The notes below the pieces were generated by a model. That model was not told where the DNA came from and searched no databases. It worked only from the letters and a program-made list of their open reading frames with translations. Both the position numbers and the translations under genes were made by a program. This document shows positions 19,459-28,932 of a stretch of DNA of 64,000 bases, one piece after another. Numbering within the stretch: the stretch's first letter is position 1; every line of letters starts with the position of its first letter. Source of the DNA: an uncultured delta proteobacterium. GTDB lineage: Bacteria; Myxococcota; UBA727; VGSZ01. The stretch lies in assembly GCA_963775425.1 (NCBI GenBank), contig CAVZJB010000011.1, positions 704,001 to 768,000 of the forward strand, read 5' to 3'.

Positions 19459-20447
19459 CGGAGGCACGCCGCGCGATCGCCGCCGTAGCGGCGGCGGAAG
19501 TCGACGTAGACGAAGCAGGAGTCGACGTCGGTGCCGCTCACCGCGAGCTTCTGATCTCCCTGCGCGCGCCTGGCGGCGTCGAGGAGGGCCTGCACCTTGT
19601 CCTTCGTGAGCGCCGCGGGCCGCGTGGCCTCGAAGATGAAGTAGTCGGCCGCGGTGGCCTCGGGGCTGCGGTCGACGAGGTCCACGACGTCCCGCACCAC
19701 GGCGCGGGCGACGTCGTCGGGGAGCCCCTCGAGGGCGGGGGCCGCCGCCGCGTCCGCGCGCAGCGTCTCCAGGTTCTGCGTCTGGTCCGCCGGCGTGGGC
19801 TGCGGCTCCTTTTCACAGATGGTCTGGCACTCGGTGTAGTTGTCCGTGTGGAGCCACTTCTTGGTGTGCGCGTCGAACGTGGAGATGAGGCGGTTGTACG
19901 TCTTCCCGTCCTTGCCGCCGCCCTCGCTGGCGCTGTGGATGGACGTCATCACGTAGTGCGGCACGCCGTGGGCCCACATGCCCCGCCGGTTCTCCATGGC
20001 CTCCCGCTGGGCGGCCATGAGGTCCGCGTCGCCGGGGCCCTTGACCGAGTAGGCGTGGGCGAGCCCCTTCACGATGAGGTCCCTCGCGAGGTCCTTGCAG
20101 AACAGGAGCAGGCGGCCGTAGCCGTCCTTCTTCCCGTCGGTGTCGCAGTGCCACACGCCGCGGCGCGCCTCGAGCGTGGCCAACTTGGCGTTCACGTACA
20201 GCTCGTGGGGGTTCCACGTGCCCCAACTGTGGACGCCGCCGTAGCTCTCGAGGGTGTTGTACCCGGCGAGGCGCGACTGCTGCCCCTTGAGTGGCCCCGC
20301 CTGCGGACGGAAGGAGTCACCGTCGTTGAAGTACACGGGCGTGGGGACGCCGTTGATGTAGACCTTGGTGAGCGGTTCCGCCCGCACGCCGCTCGCCGCG
20401 GCGAGTGCTGCGATGACGACGCCGGTGACGACGAGCGCGGTGCGCAA
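19455..20447 (-). CDS. Secreted thermonuclease (SNase-fold) family protein
   Basis: TTG start after AGGAGG; signal peptide (VRA); DGDSF, RLAGYNTLE, DGYGRLL, GLAHAY, RRGMW. Confidence 0.8.
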   Translation of the reverse strand: MRTALVVTGVVIAALAAASGVRAEPLTKVYINGVPTPVYFNDGDSFRPQAGPLKGQQSRLAGYNTLESYGGVHSWGTWNPHELYVNAKLATLEARRGVWHCDTDGKKDGYGRLLLFCKDLARDLIVKGLAHAYSVKGPGDADLMAAQREAMENRRGMWAHGVPHYVMTSIHSASEGGGKDGKTYNRLISTFDAHTKKWLHTDNYTECQTICEKEPQPTPADQTQNLETLRADAAAAPALEGLPDDVARAVVRDVVDLVDRSPEATAADYFIFEATRPAALTKDKVQALLDAARRAQGDQKLAVSGTDVDSCFVYVDFRRRYGGDRAACLR

Positions 20448-20539
20448 GAGATCCTCCTGGCCGACGGACAGCAAACGGTCCCCGCACGAAGGTGTCAACC
20501 ACCTTGCGCGAGATCCCTCGTTTCCTGGAGCATGAGACG

Positions 20540-22413
20540 ATGCAGCAGCTCGCGCTCGACGCCGATCTCCTCCCGCGCGTGGTCCAGGCGCTCGGGCAAT
20601 CGCCGCTGTTCACGTCCATCAAAGCCGATGTGCTGGAGAAGGTGGCAGAGCGCGGCACCCTTTTGCAACTCGAGCCCGAGGAGATCTTCGTCGTCGAGGG
20701 CACCGAGAGCGACAGCTTTGGCGTCCTGCTCGCCGGCGAGCTCTCCGTGAACGTGCGCGGGCGCCGCGACGGCGACGGCGGCGACCTCATCGAGATCAGC
20801 AAGCTCCTCCCGCCCGACAGCGTCGGCGAGATGGGGCTGCTGCTCGGGCAGACCCGCACGGCCACGGTGAAGGCGGTGTCGCGCTCGCTCGTGATGCGCT
20901 TCGACCGCGAGACGTTCCAGGTGATGTACGAGCGCGTGCAGGGCTTCGGCTGGGGCATCTCGCGCGCGCTCGCCGCCCGCCTCGCGCAGGCCTCCCGGCA
21001 GATCCCGATGCCCGACGTCGACGTCGTCGCCTTCGACGCGGAGGTCATGGCGCTGCTGCCCGTGGAGTTCCTCACGCGGCACCGGGTGGTGCCGGTGAGC
21101 CAGGAGGGCAACCGCGTGAAGCTCGGCTTCGTCGACGACGCGAGCGCCCGGGTGCTCGAGCTCGCCCGCGAGCTGCTCCCCGGCATGGACCTCGTCCCGG
21201 TTCGCGTCGGCGCCGCCGTCTTCGAGCGCGCGCTCGCGAGCCACGCGGGCGTCCCGGGCTGGACCGCAGACCCGCGCAACCTCGCGCCCCCCGCCGACGC
21301 CGGCCTCGACGACACCCTCGGGTCGCCGCCGCAGAAGTCGTCGGCGCGCCTCGACGCGCTCCTGCGCCGCATGGTCGCCGAGGGCTGCTCGGACCTGCAT
21401 CTGTCGGGGGGCAGAAGCCGCGCTGGCGCGTCGACGGCGAGATGCAGGTCATGGCCGACGCCGCCGTGCTCGGCTTCGACGAGGTGAAGGACCTCCTGTG
21501 GCCGGTGATGGACGAGCGCGCCCGCCGGCTCTTCGAGGAGGACAGCGACGTCGACTTCGCCTACGCCCTCGCCGACGTCGCCCGCTTCCGCGTCAACGTC
21601 TTTCGCGACAAGGGCGGCACCGGCGCCGTCATGCGCCAGATCCCGGCCAAGATCATGACCTTCGAGCAGCTCGCCCTGCCGGCCGTCGTGCAGCGCATGT
21701 GCGAGCACCCAAAGGGGCTCGTGCTCGTCACGGGGCCCACCGGCTCGGGCAAGTCCACGACGCTGGCGGCGATGATCGACGCCATCAACAAGACCCGGCG
21801 CAGCCACATCATCACGCTCGAAGATCCCATCGAGTTCGTGCACAAAAGCGAGCTCAGCCTCGTGAACCAGCGCGAGGTGTTCGCGCACACCAGGAGCTTC
21901 GCGCGCGCGCTGAAGGCCGCGCTGCGCGAGGACCCCGACATCGTCCTGGTCGGCGAGATGCGCGACCTCGAGACCATCCAGCTCGCGCTGGAGACCGCCA
22001 ACACCGGCCACCTCGTGTTCGCCACGCTTCACACGTCTACGGCCATCAGCACCGTCGACCGCATCATCGACGTCTTCCCGCCGGCGCAGCAGGCGCAGGT
22101 GCGCGCCGTGCTCGCCGACACGCTGAAGGGCGTCGTCTCGCAGGCGCTGTGCAGGCGGATCGGCGGCGGGCGCGTGGCCGCGCTCGAGACCATGGTGGTC
22201 AACTACGCCATCGCCAACCTCATCCGCGAGGGCAAGACCCACCAGGTGACCTCGGCGATGACGACGTCCAAGGCCCAGGGCAACACGTTGCTGAACGAGT
22301 CGCTGGCGACGCTGGTGAACGAGAGCAAGGTCGAGCTCGCCGAGGCCATCAGCAAGGCCGTCGACAAAAACGACCTCTCCCGCCGCTGCGCCAAGACGAG
22401 CTCTGCGGCCTAG
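20540..22413 (+). CDS. pilT: cNMP-binding + T2SSE_N + PilT retraction ATPase fusion (apparent frameshift at G6 run 21406-21411)
   Basis: VGEMGLL..RTATVKA (cNMP); ALLPVEFLTRHRVVP; SDLHLS | GPTGSGKST, EDPIE, LREDPD, GEMRD, TGHLVFATLHT, AIANLIRE. Confidence 0.85.
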
Positions 22414-22513
22414 GAACACCGATCAGGTTGCCGCGAGCGTAGGGACGCGGCTCAGCGTGATGGGCGAGCGGGGAGCGCTCACGTGTACGGCGAGCGCGTG
22501 TGGCGCAGGGCCG

Positions 22514-23062
22514 CTACAGGAGCGCCTGCACGAGGAAGAAGGCGCCTGCCGCGCCGAGACCGATGCTCAGGTACCAGGCCTTCTTGCGCTTGGTGAGCAC
22601 GGCGATGGCCGACAGCGCGATGGCGATCTGAAACAGCGTCACGGCGCGCGCGAGGATGTTGTGCCGCGCGAGGTGCTCGTGCGACGCGCGAACCTCCTCG
22701 TCGGCCTTCTCGCGGATCTCGTCCTGCTCGTGCTTGTACGTCTCGAGCTTCGCCGGGCCGGCGTCGGAGACGCTCTTGCCGAGCGCGGTGAGCAGCTCGA
22801 TCTGGTCCTTCAGCACCGCCGCCTTGATGCTCTTGGCCTGGAAGTACGCGTAGTTGTCGGAGGCCTGGATCTGCTCGAGCATCGCCTCGTTGGCGTGATG
22901 TCCCGCGAACAGCGCCGAGATGGCGGCGAGCACCGCCAGGACCGCCGCCGAGAGCGCCACGACGGGGATCCAGCTCGGCGCGTCATGGTGGCCGCCGGCT
23001 TCGTGCGCGTGGTGCTCGAGCGTCTCGTGAAGGTGCTCGGTGGGGACTTCGATCTCGGTCAC
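22514..23062 (-). CDS. DUF4337 family membrane protein
   Basis: ASDNYAYFQAKSIK, FQIAIALSAIAVLT. Confidence 0.85.
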   Translation of the reverse strand: MTEIEVPTEHLHETLEHHAHEAGGHHDAPSWIPVVALSAAVLAVLAAISALFAGHHANEAMLEQIQASDNYAYFQAKSIKAAVLKDQIELLTALGKSVSDAGPAKLETYKHEQDEIREKADEEVRASHEHLARHNILARAVTLFQIAIALSAIAVLTKRKKAWYLSIGLGAAGAFFLVQALL

Positions 23063-23143
23063 GGATCACCTCGATGGGTGGGGCGACCCGTTAGCAGCGG
23101 GCTGCGGGCTTGGCTGCGGCGGGGATCACGTCGAGGGGCGCGG

Positions 23144-24907
23144 TCACCGGCAGTCGACGTCGACGGAAACGCCGGGCGCGGCGACCGCTTCGACGCGGGC
23201 GGCGCCGTGGCAGGCGAGCGCCGAGCCGTCGGCCGCCTCGAGCGCGACGAAGACGCGGCCGCACCCGAGCGACGCCACCGGCACCGTGACCGCGCCGGGA
23301 GGCACCCGCTGCCGGCGCACCGCGCCTCGCGGGGTTTGCAGCGCGTAGCCGTTGTCCACGAAGGCGACGCCGGCGGGGAGCGTCACCGTCCCGCGGCACC
23401 CTGCGAAGCGCAGCGCGGCGTAGCGGTGATCCTCCACCTCGGCGACGAAGCCGCCGGCGCGCCACCGCGCGTGGTCGGCCTCGTCCTCGAACGCGAGCAC
23501 GCCGTCGAAGCGGCGCGCGTGGCTCATCAGGTCGGCGAACGCCGCGTCGCGCTCGGCGTCGTCGTAGCGCCACATGCGCACCACGAGCGCGCGCCGGTCG
23601 GGGCTCGGCGGCAAGCCTTCGCGCAGGCGCGTGAAGCCCACGCCGAGGTGCGCGAACGAAAAGCCGACGAAGCCTCCCTGCGCCACCGCGACGAGGTGGG
23701 CCAGGTTGAAGAAGGGGTTCACGTAGCGGAGGTCGGCGCCGGGCGGCATGTCCGCAGGCGCGAACGCGACCGGCAGCCGGTACCCGCGCGCGATGGGTGT
23801 GTCGAGGTTGTTCTCGACGTCGGCGGCCGCTTCGTGGAAGCGCTCGTGGAACGCGAGCGACCACCCGACCTGCGCCGCCACGAGCGCCACGCCGGCGAGC
23901 ACCCGCGCGGCGCGCGGCGGCAAGAGCCGCTCCGGCGGCAGGAGCACGAGGAGGAGCGTCATGCCGACGAGCAGCGGGCGCGGACCGGCGAGCTGCCAGC
24001 CGGGCAGGTCGCGGGGGAGCGCGCACGCGAGCGCGACGAGCGAGAGGCCGGCCACGGCGAGGGCGCGCCGGCGCGGATCGTGGTCGGCGAGGCCGAAGGC
24101 GGCGCCGGCGGCGGCGGCGACGACGGGGAGCCAGGCGCGCAGCGGCGGGCCGCCGATGAATCCCCAGGCGAAGACCGTCGCGTGCTCGGCCGCGGGGCCC
24201 CACGCCAGCGAGCCCGCCGCGACGCCCCCGCCGTTCATCACCACCGCCGCGACGCACACGGCGAGCGCGGGCGCGCCGCACGCCGCGGTCCACAGCAGGC
24301 GGCGGACGGTGCGGCGCGCGCGGCGGGGCCCGGCCGGCGCGGCGGCGGCGAGCACGACGAGGACGCCGCCGGCGACGACGGCGCCGGCGGCGTGCACATG
24401 GGCGGCGAGGGCGAGCACGACCGCGACGAGGACGCCGCGCCGGACGGTGTGCGGCGCACGCTCGTCGAGGACGAGCGCGACGGCGAAGAGCCCGAGCGCG
24501 CAGGAGAGCACGTACGCGAGCGCGCCCAGGTAGAAGCACCAAGAAAACGCGGTGACGGCGCCGGCGACCACGCCGAGCAGCGGCCGGCCGAGGGCGCGCG
24601 CGACGGCGACGACGCCCGCCACCCACAGCGACAGGACGACGATGAGCCCCGCCGCGTACGCGGCGCGCCACGGGAGGAACGACAGGAGCGCGACGAGCAG
24701 CTCGCAGAACCCCTCGCCCGAGACCGCGAAGTGCGGCGCGGCGTAGCGGGAGAAGCCGAGCGCGTCGGGGCCGGCGTCGGCGACGACGCGCGCGGACAGC
24801 AGGTGTTGCGGGCCGTCGCCGGAGGGGACGAAGGGGACGGCGAGCACGGCCGCGGCCAGCGCCGCGCAGGCGAGGGCGAAGCACAGGGCGGTCGAGGCTC
24901 GCGCCAC
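23144..24907 (-). CDS. Multi-TM protein, GT-C-like membrane glycosyltransferase candidate
   Basis: About 11 hydrophobic segments; PSGDGPQH loop after the first TM; soluble C-terminal domain. Confidence 0.55.
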   Translation of the reverse strand: MARASTALCFALACAALAAAVLAVPFVPSGDGPQHLLSARVVADAGPDALGFSRYAAPHFAVSGEGFCELLVALLSFLPWRAAYAAGLIVVLSLWVAGVVAVARALGRPLLGVVAGAVTAFSWCFYLGALAYVLSCALGLFAVALVLDERAPHTVRRGVLVAVVLALAAHVHAAGAVVAGGVLVVLAAAAPAGPRRARRTVRRLLWTAACGAPALAVCVAAVVMNGGGVAAGSLAWGPAAEHATVFAWGFIGGPPLRAWLPVVAAAAGAAFGLADHDPRRRALAVAGLSLVALACALPRDLPGWQLAGPRPLLVGMTLLLVLLPPERLLPPRAARVLAGVALVAAQVGWSLAFHERFHEAAADVENNLDTPIARGYRLPVAFAPADMPPGADLRYVNPFFNLAHLVAVAQGGFVGFSFAHLGVGFTRLREGLPPSPDRRALVVRMWRYDDAERDAAFADLMSHARRFDGVLAFEDEADHARWRAGGFVAEVEDHRYAALRFAGCRGTVTLPAGVAFVDNGYALQTPRGAVRRQRVPPGAVTVPVASLGCGRVFVALEAADGSALACHGAARVEAVAAPGVSVDVDCR

Positions 24908-25039
24908 GGAGCGACGCTATCCGTCGCGCGCCGCGCCGTCAGCACGCGCCGCGCCGGCCCGTCGACGGCGGGCGCCGCCGGCAGCGCGCGGCGCTTGCGC
25001 GGTGGTCCCGGCGCCGATAGATACGGACCGAGGTCCGAG

Positions 25040-26056
25040 ATGAAGAACGACGTCGTCCTCGCGCACGGAGCGCTCCCCCCCGCGGGCTCGTGGCCCACGC
25101 TCGACCCGTTCCTCGCTTGTATGCACCACGACGACGCGTACCCCGCCGGCGGCGACGACATGGCGCCGCCGCGCGCGTCGCTCGCCGGGCGCAACATCGG
25201 CATGGACTTCGAGGGCAAGGACGGCTGGCGCATGTACCACGGCGACGTGGTGCCGGGCTTTCCGCAGCACCCGCACCGCGGCTTCGAGACGGTCACCGTG
25301 GTGCGGCAGGGCTTCGTCGATCACGCCGACAGCCTCGGCGCCGCCGCGCGCTTCGGCGAGGGCGACGTCCAGTGGATCACGGCGGGCAAGGGCATCTCGC
25401 ACTCGGAGATGTTCCCGCTGCTGCACAAGGACGCCGACAACCCGCTCGAGCTCTTCCAGATCTGGTTGAACCTCGCGCACGAAGACAAGCTCACCGATCC
25501 GCACTTCGCCGTCTTGTGGGCCGCCGACGTCCCCGTCGTCGAGCGCGACGGCGCCGTGGTCACCGTGGTGGCCGGTCGCTTCGACGACGCGCGCTCGCCG
25601 CCGTCGCCACCGCCGCGCTCGTGGGCCGCGGCGCCGGATCACGACGTTGCCATCTGGACCCTCCGCCTCAAGAAGGGCGCGCGCGTGACCTTGCCGCCGG
25701 GCGCGCCCGACGCGCACCGCGTGGTGTACGGCTTCCGCGGCGGCCCGTTCGTCATCGCCGGCGTGGAGCTCGGCGCCAGGAGCGTCGCGCAGCTCGCGCC
25801 CGACGCCGCCGCCGTCGTCGAAAACGCCGGCGACGCCGACGCGGAGCTGCTGGTGCTCCACGGCAAGCCCATCGGCGAGCCCGTGGCGCAGGCCGGCCCC
25901 TTCGTGATGACCACACGGCTCGAGGTGCAGCAGGCCTTCATGGACTACGAGCGCACCCGTTTCGGCGGCTGGCCCTGGCGGAGCGACGCCCCCGTCCACC
26001 CCCGCGACGTCCGCCACTGGGCGCGCTTCGTCGACGGTCACGAAGAGTCCCGTTAG
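25040..26056 (+). CDS. Pirin family protein
   Basis: DPFL, GFPQHPHRGFETVT, GKGISHSE, FQIWLNL, GPFVM. Confidence 0.93.
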   Translation: MKNDVVLAHGALPPAGSWPTLDPFLACMHHDDAYPAGGDDMAPPRASLAGRNIGMDFEGKDGWRMYHGDVVPGFPQHPHRGFETVTVVRQGFVDHADSLGAAARFGEGDVQWITAGKGISHSEMFPLLHKDADNPLELFQIWLNLAHEDKLTDPHFAVLWAADVPVVERDGAVVTVVAGRFDDARSPPSPPPRSWAAAPDHDVAIWTLRLKKGARVTLPPGAPDAHRVVYGFRGGPFVIAGVELGARSVAQLAPDAAAVVENAGDADAELLVLHGKPIGEPVAQAGPFVMTTRLEVQQAFMDYERTRFGGWPWRSDAPVHPRDVRHWARFVDGHEESR

Positions 26057-26077
26057 AGGACCGCCGATCGGCGCGCG

Positions 26078-26758
26078 TCAGCGCAGCGGTGGCGGCGGCG
26101 GCGGCGGCGGCGGCTGTCCCACGGGCGGTGGCCTGGCGCCGAGGCGGGCGAGCGCGCGCCGGGCGCCCTCGTTCTGCTCGTCCTGGTTGAGCACCTTCTT
26201 GAGCTCGAGGATGGCCTCGTCGGTGTACCCGAGGATCTCGAGCGCGTAGCCGGAGAACAGCCGCGCGCGGATGTCGTGAGGGTCGAGCATGAGCGCGCGC
26301 AGGTAGTACAGGAGCGCGCGCGTCTCGTCGCCGCGGCGGTGGTGCGCGTAGCCGAGGTTGACGAGGAATTTGGGCTCGCTGGGCACGAGCTTGGTGGCCT
26401 GCTCGAGGTTGTACACCGCCTCGTCGAGCTCGCCGGCGGCCATCAGCGCGCCCGCGAGGTGGTTTCTGTACTGCGAGTTCTCGGCGTCGAGCAGGATGGC
26501 CCGCTTGTAGCCCGCGATGGCGCCGCGAAGGTCGCGCCCGCCGAACGCCGGGTCCCTCCGGCGCGCGTCGTTGAACGCGGCCTCGGCTTCGGCGGACTTG
26601 TGGCGCGTGGGCGTCGTCGGGCTCTCGGGCCCGAGCTCTTCCGGGTAGTGCTTGGGGTCCTTGCCTGCCTTGCAGACGGCGCGGCACTGCGCGCAGTCGA
26701 TCTCGGCGTGCGCGCCGGCGCACACGAGAGCCGACAGGAGGATCGCGGCGGTCTTCAT
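26078..26758 (-). CDS. Secreted TPR protein with N-terminal CxxCxxxC and poly-Pro tail
   Basis: Signal peptide (AHA); CAQCRAVC; about 4 TPRs. Confidence 0.8.
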   Translation of the reverse strand: MKTAAILLSALVCAGAHAEIDCAQCRAVCKAGKDPKHYPEELGPESPTTPTRHKSAEAEAAFNDARRRDPAFGGRDLRGAIAGYKRAILLDAENSQYRNHLAGALMAAGELDEAVYNLEQATKLVPSEPKFLVNLGYAHHRRGDETRALLYYLRALMLDPHDIRARLFSGYALEILGYTDEAILELKKVLNQDEQNEGARRALARLGARPPPVGQPPPPPPPPPLR

Positions 26759-26802
26759 ACCGAAGACACTACTGCGGGCTCCGGCGTCGCGCACAGCGCG
26801 CC

Positions 26803-28021
26803 TCAGCGAGGCGGGCGCGCGGCGCGGAAGCGGTCCACCAGGCCGTACCAGTCCTTCTTGAGATCGCCGCTGAGCGCGAAGGGCTGCGCGTCGACGGCGA
26901 AGCCGGCGGCGTCGACGGTGCACTGCCGCACGAGCACCCACAGCGTCATCGACACCGGCGCCTGGAGCGTGAGCTGCACCGCGGTGTTGTCGGGGACGCG
27001 CGCCCGGCACAGCAGCGACAGCCGACTCTTGGACAGGGTGACGCACGTCGCCGCGCGCGGGCCGCCTGCGCCGCCGACGACGGTGGCGGGGAGCATCACC
27101 GGCACGCCGTCGATGATGCGGTCGACCGCGGCTGGCACGGTGAGGCGTTTGAGCATCGGGCCGTCGCAGAACGCGGCGACGAGCGGCGGCACGTGGACGA
27201 GGGCGCGCGCGACGGCCTCGGACTCCGCGGGCGTGCGCGCGGCGCCGCTGGCGACGAGGTCGGCCGCGGAGACGTGGGGCGCGTCGAGGAGCAGGCGCGT
27301 CACGCGATCGGCCGCGCGCACGACGTCGACGAGGGGATCGTCGGCGGCGTCCGGGCGGTGATGGTGGCGGGCGATGACGTCGGTGACGCGCCGCGGGAGC
27401 CCCCACTGCGCGGCCATGGTGACGCCGACGGCGGTGTGGAAGCGATCGGCGATCCGCACGAGGAAGGCGCTCTCGGAGGGGATCGAGCTGCGCGCCGAGC
27501 GCCGCCTCCATCCAGCCGAGCCCGATCACCTTGCCGAAGTCGTGGACGATGCCGCACAGGAACGCTTCGTCCGCGGGGAGCTTCCGCGCCATCGCGAGCG
27601 AGCGGGCGATGACGGCGGAGACGACGGAGTCGAGCCAGACCCGTCGGCGCTCCACGGCGAGCGGCCCGTCGCCGTGCGCCATGCCGCCGAGCGTGGCCTG
27701 GAAGATGATGCAGGCGACGGTGACGGTGCCGAGCCGCCGCACCGCATCCTCGGCGGAGACCGCCGGCTGCTTGGCGCCGAACGCCGCCGTGTTCGCCGCG
27801 CGCAACAGATCGGTGGTGAAGCGTGGATCGAGCCCGAGCAGGCGCACGATCTCGGCCATGGGCGTGTCATCGGAGCTCAACGCGGCCTGGAGCCTGACGG
27901 CTATCTCGGGCAGCGCCGGGCACTCGAGGCGCTCGTCGGCCACCGCCGACGCGAGCTCCGCCTCGACGTCGAAGGTGCTCACTTCGAGATCGTCGAGCTC
28001 GAACGCCGCCAGGGAGTCCAT
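26803..28021 (-). CDS. HDOD-domain protein with C-terminal PilZ-like domain (apparent frameshift near 27470-27510)
   Basis: PALPEIA, DPRFT..LLRAAN, AFLCGIVHDFGK in one frame; FHTAVG..WGLP..VIARHH and a beta-rich tail in another. Confidence 0.8.
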
Positions 28022-28089
28022 ATCCCCCACTCGGCAGGATCCGCCCCGGCTTGAGCGCGGAAACGACGCCAGCCCGGCTCGACGCCGCG

Positions 28090-28893
28090 CTACTGCACCG
28101 TGACCTCCACGCGCCCTGTCCAGGTGAGCTCGGAGTCCGCCTCGCACGCATCTGTCGTGCATGCTTCCGAGCGAAAGGTCTCGACCACGTCGACGAGGAT
28201 GCTGGCTCCGGCGGAGGCCGCACCTCCGGGAATGGTCACCACGACGACGTCGGACCCTTCGAGGCGCGAGAGCGGATGGAAGGTGCAGTCGAAGTCTCCC
28301 TCGTGGCACTGCGAGATGGTCACGTCGAAGCGCGTGTCGGGGCCGTCGAGCGGCGCGTTCGAGCGAAGCGCCACCTCCTGGCCGCGCGTGACCACCGCAC
28401 CGGACTCCAGGTCCACCAACTCCATCGCCGGGGCGGTGGGCGGCCTGCGGATGGTGGTGCTCCAGGAGTCGGAGGCATCCGCGACGCCCACGACGATGCG
28501 GGCGTCGGTGCCGAGGGAGGCGTCGATGGGGAGCGTCTGCGCGGGCGTGATGCACAACGGCTTGACGAACGGGCTCAGCGTGAGGTCACCGCCGCCGGTG
28601 CCGCCGTACTCGACGTGGCCGCGCTCGGACAAGATGCCGCCGGCGTCCCCGGCGAACCAATTGGCGTCGGTCCCGAGCACAGGGCACGCGTCCGCCTCCG
28701 CCGCAGGCTGGCCAAGCTCGATCTCGATCACCGGAGGCTGCGGGGTGCCGCCCTCGTTCGGCGTGGTCACGCTCACCACCAGCGTGCGCTGCGGCCAATC
28801 GGCGAGCGTGGTGGGGTGCTCGGGCAGCACGCCGCACAGGCACCCGGGCATGGTGGCGAAGGCCAGCATCGTGAGGGTGAGGGGACGCAGCAT
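28090..28893 (-). CDS. Hypothetical lipoprotein
   Basis: Lipobox-like MPGC; beta-rich with paired Cys. Confidence 0.65.
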   Translation of the reverse strand: MLRPLTLTMLAFATMPGCLCGVLPEHPTTLADWPQRTLVVSVTTPNEGGTPQPPVIEIELGQPAAEADACPVLGTDANWFAGDAGGILSERGHVEYGGTGGGDLTLSPFVKPLCITPAQTLPIDASLGTDARIVVGVADASDSWSTTIRRPPTAPAMELVDLESGAVVTRGQEVALRSNAPLDGPDTRFDVTISQCHEGDFDCTFHPLSRLEGSDVVVVTIPGGAASAGASILVDVVETFRSEACTTDACEADSELTWTGRVEVTVQ

Positions 28894-28932
28894 CCCTCAT
28901 CCTATCGCAGCCATCGTCCCCCTCGAAGTGGC

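Noticed and set aside
26690-26720. CxxCxxxC in the TPR protein as an Fe-S or heme motif
   Set aside because: The protein is secreted, with no His after CxxC and no radical SAM fold; disulfides are more likely
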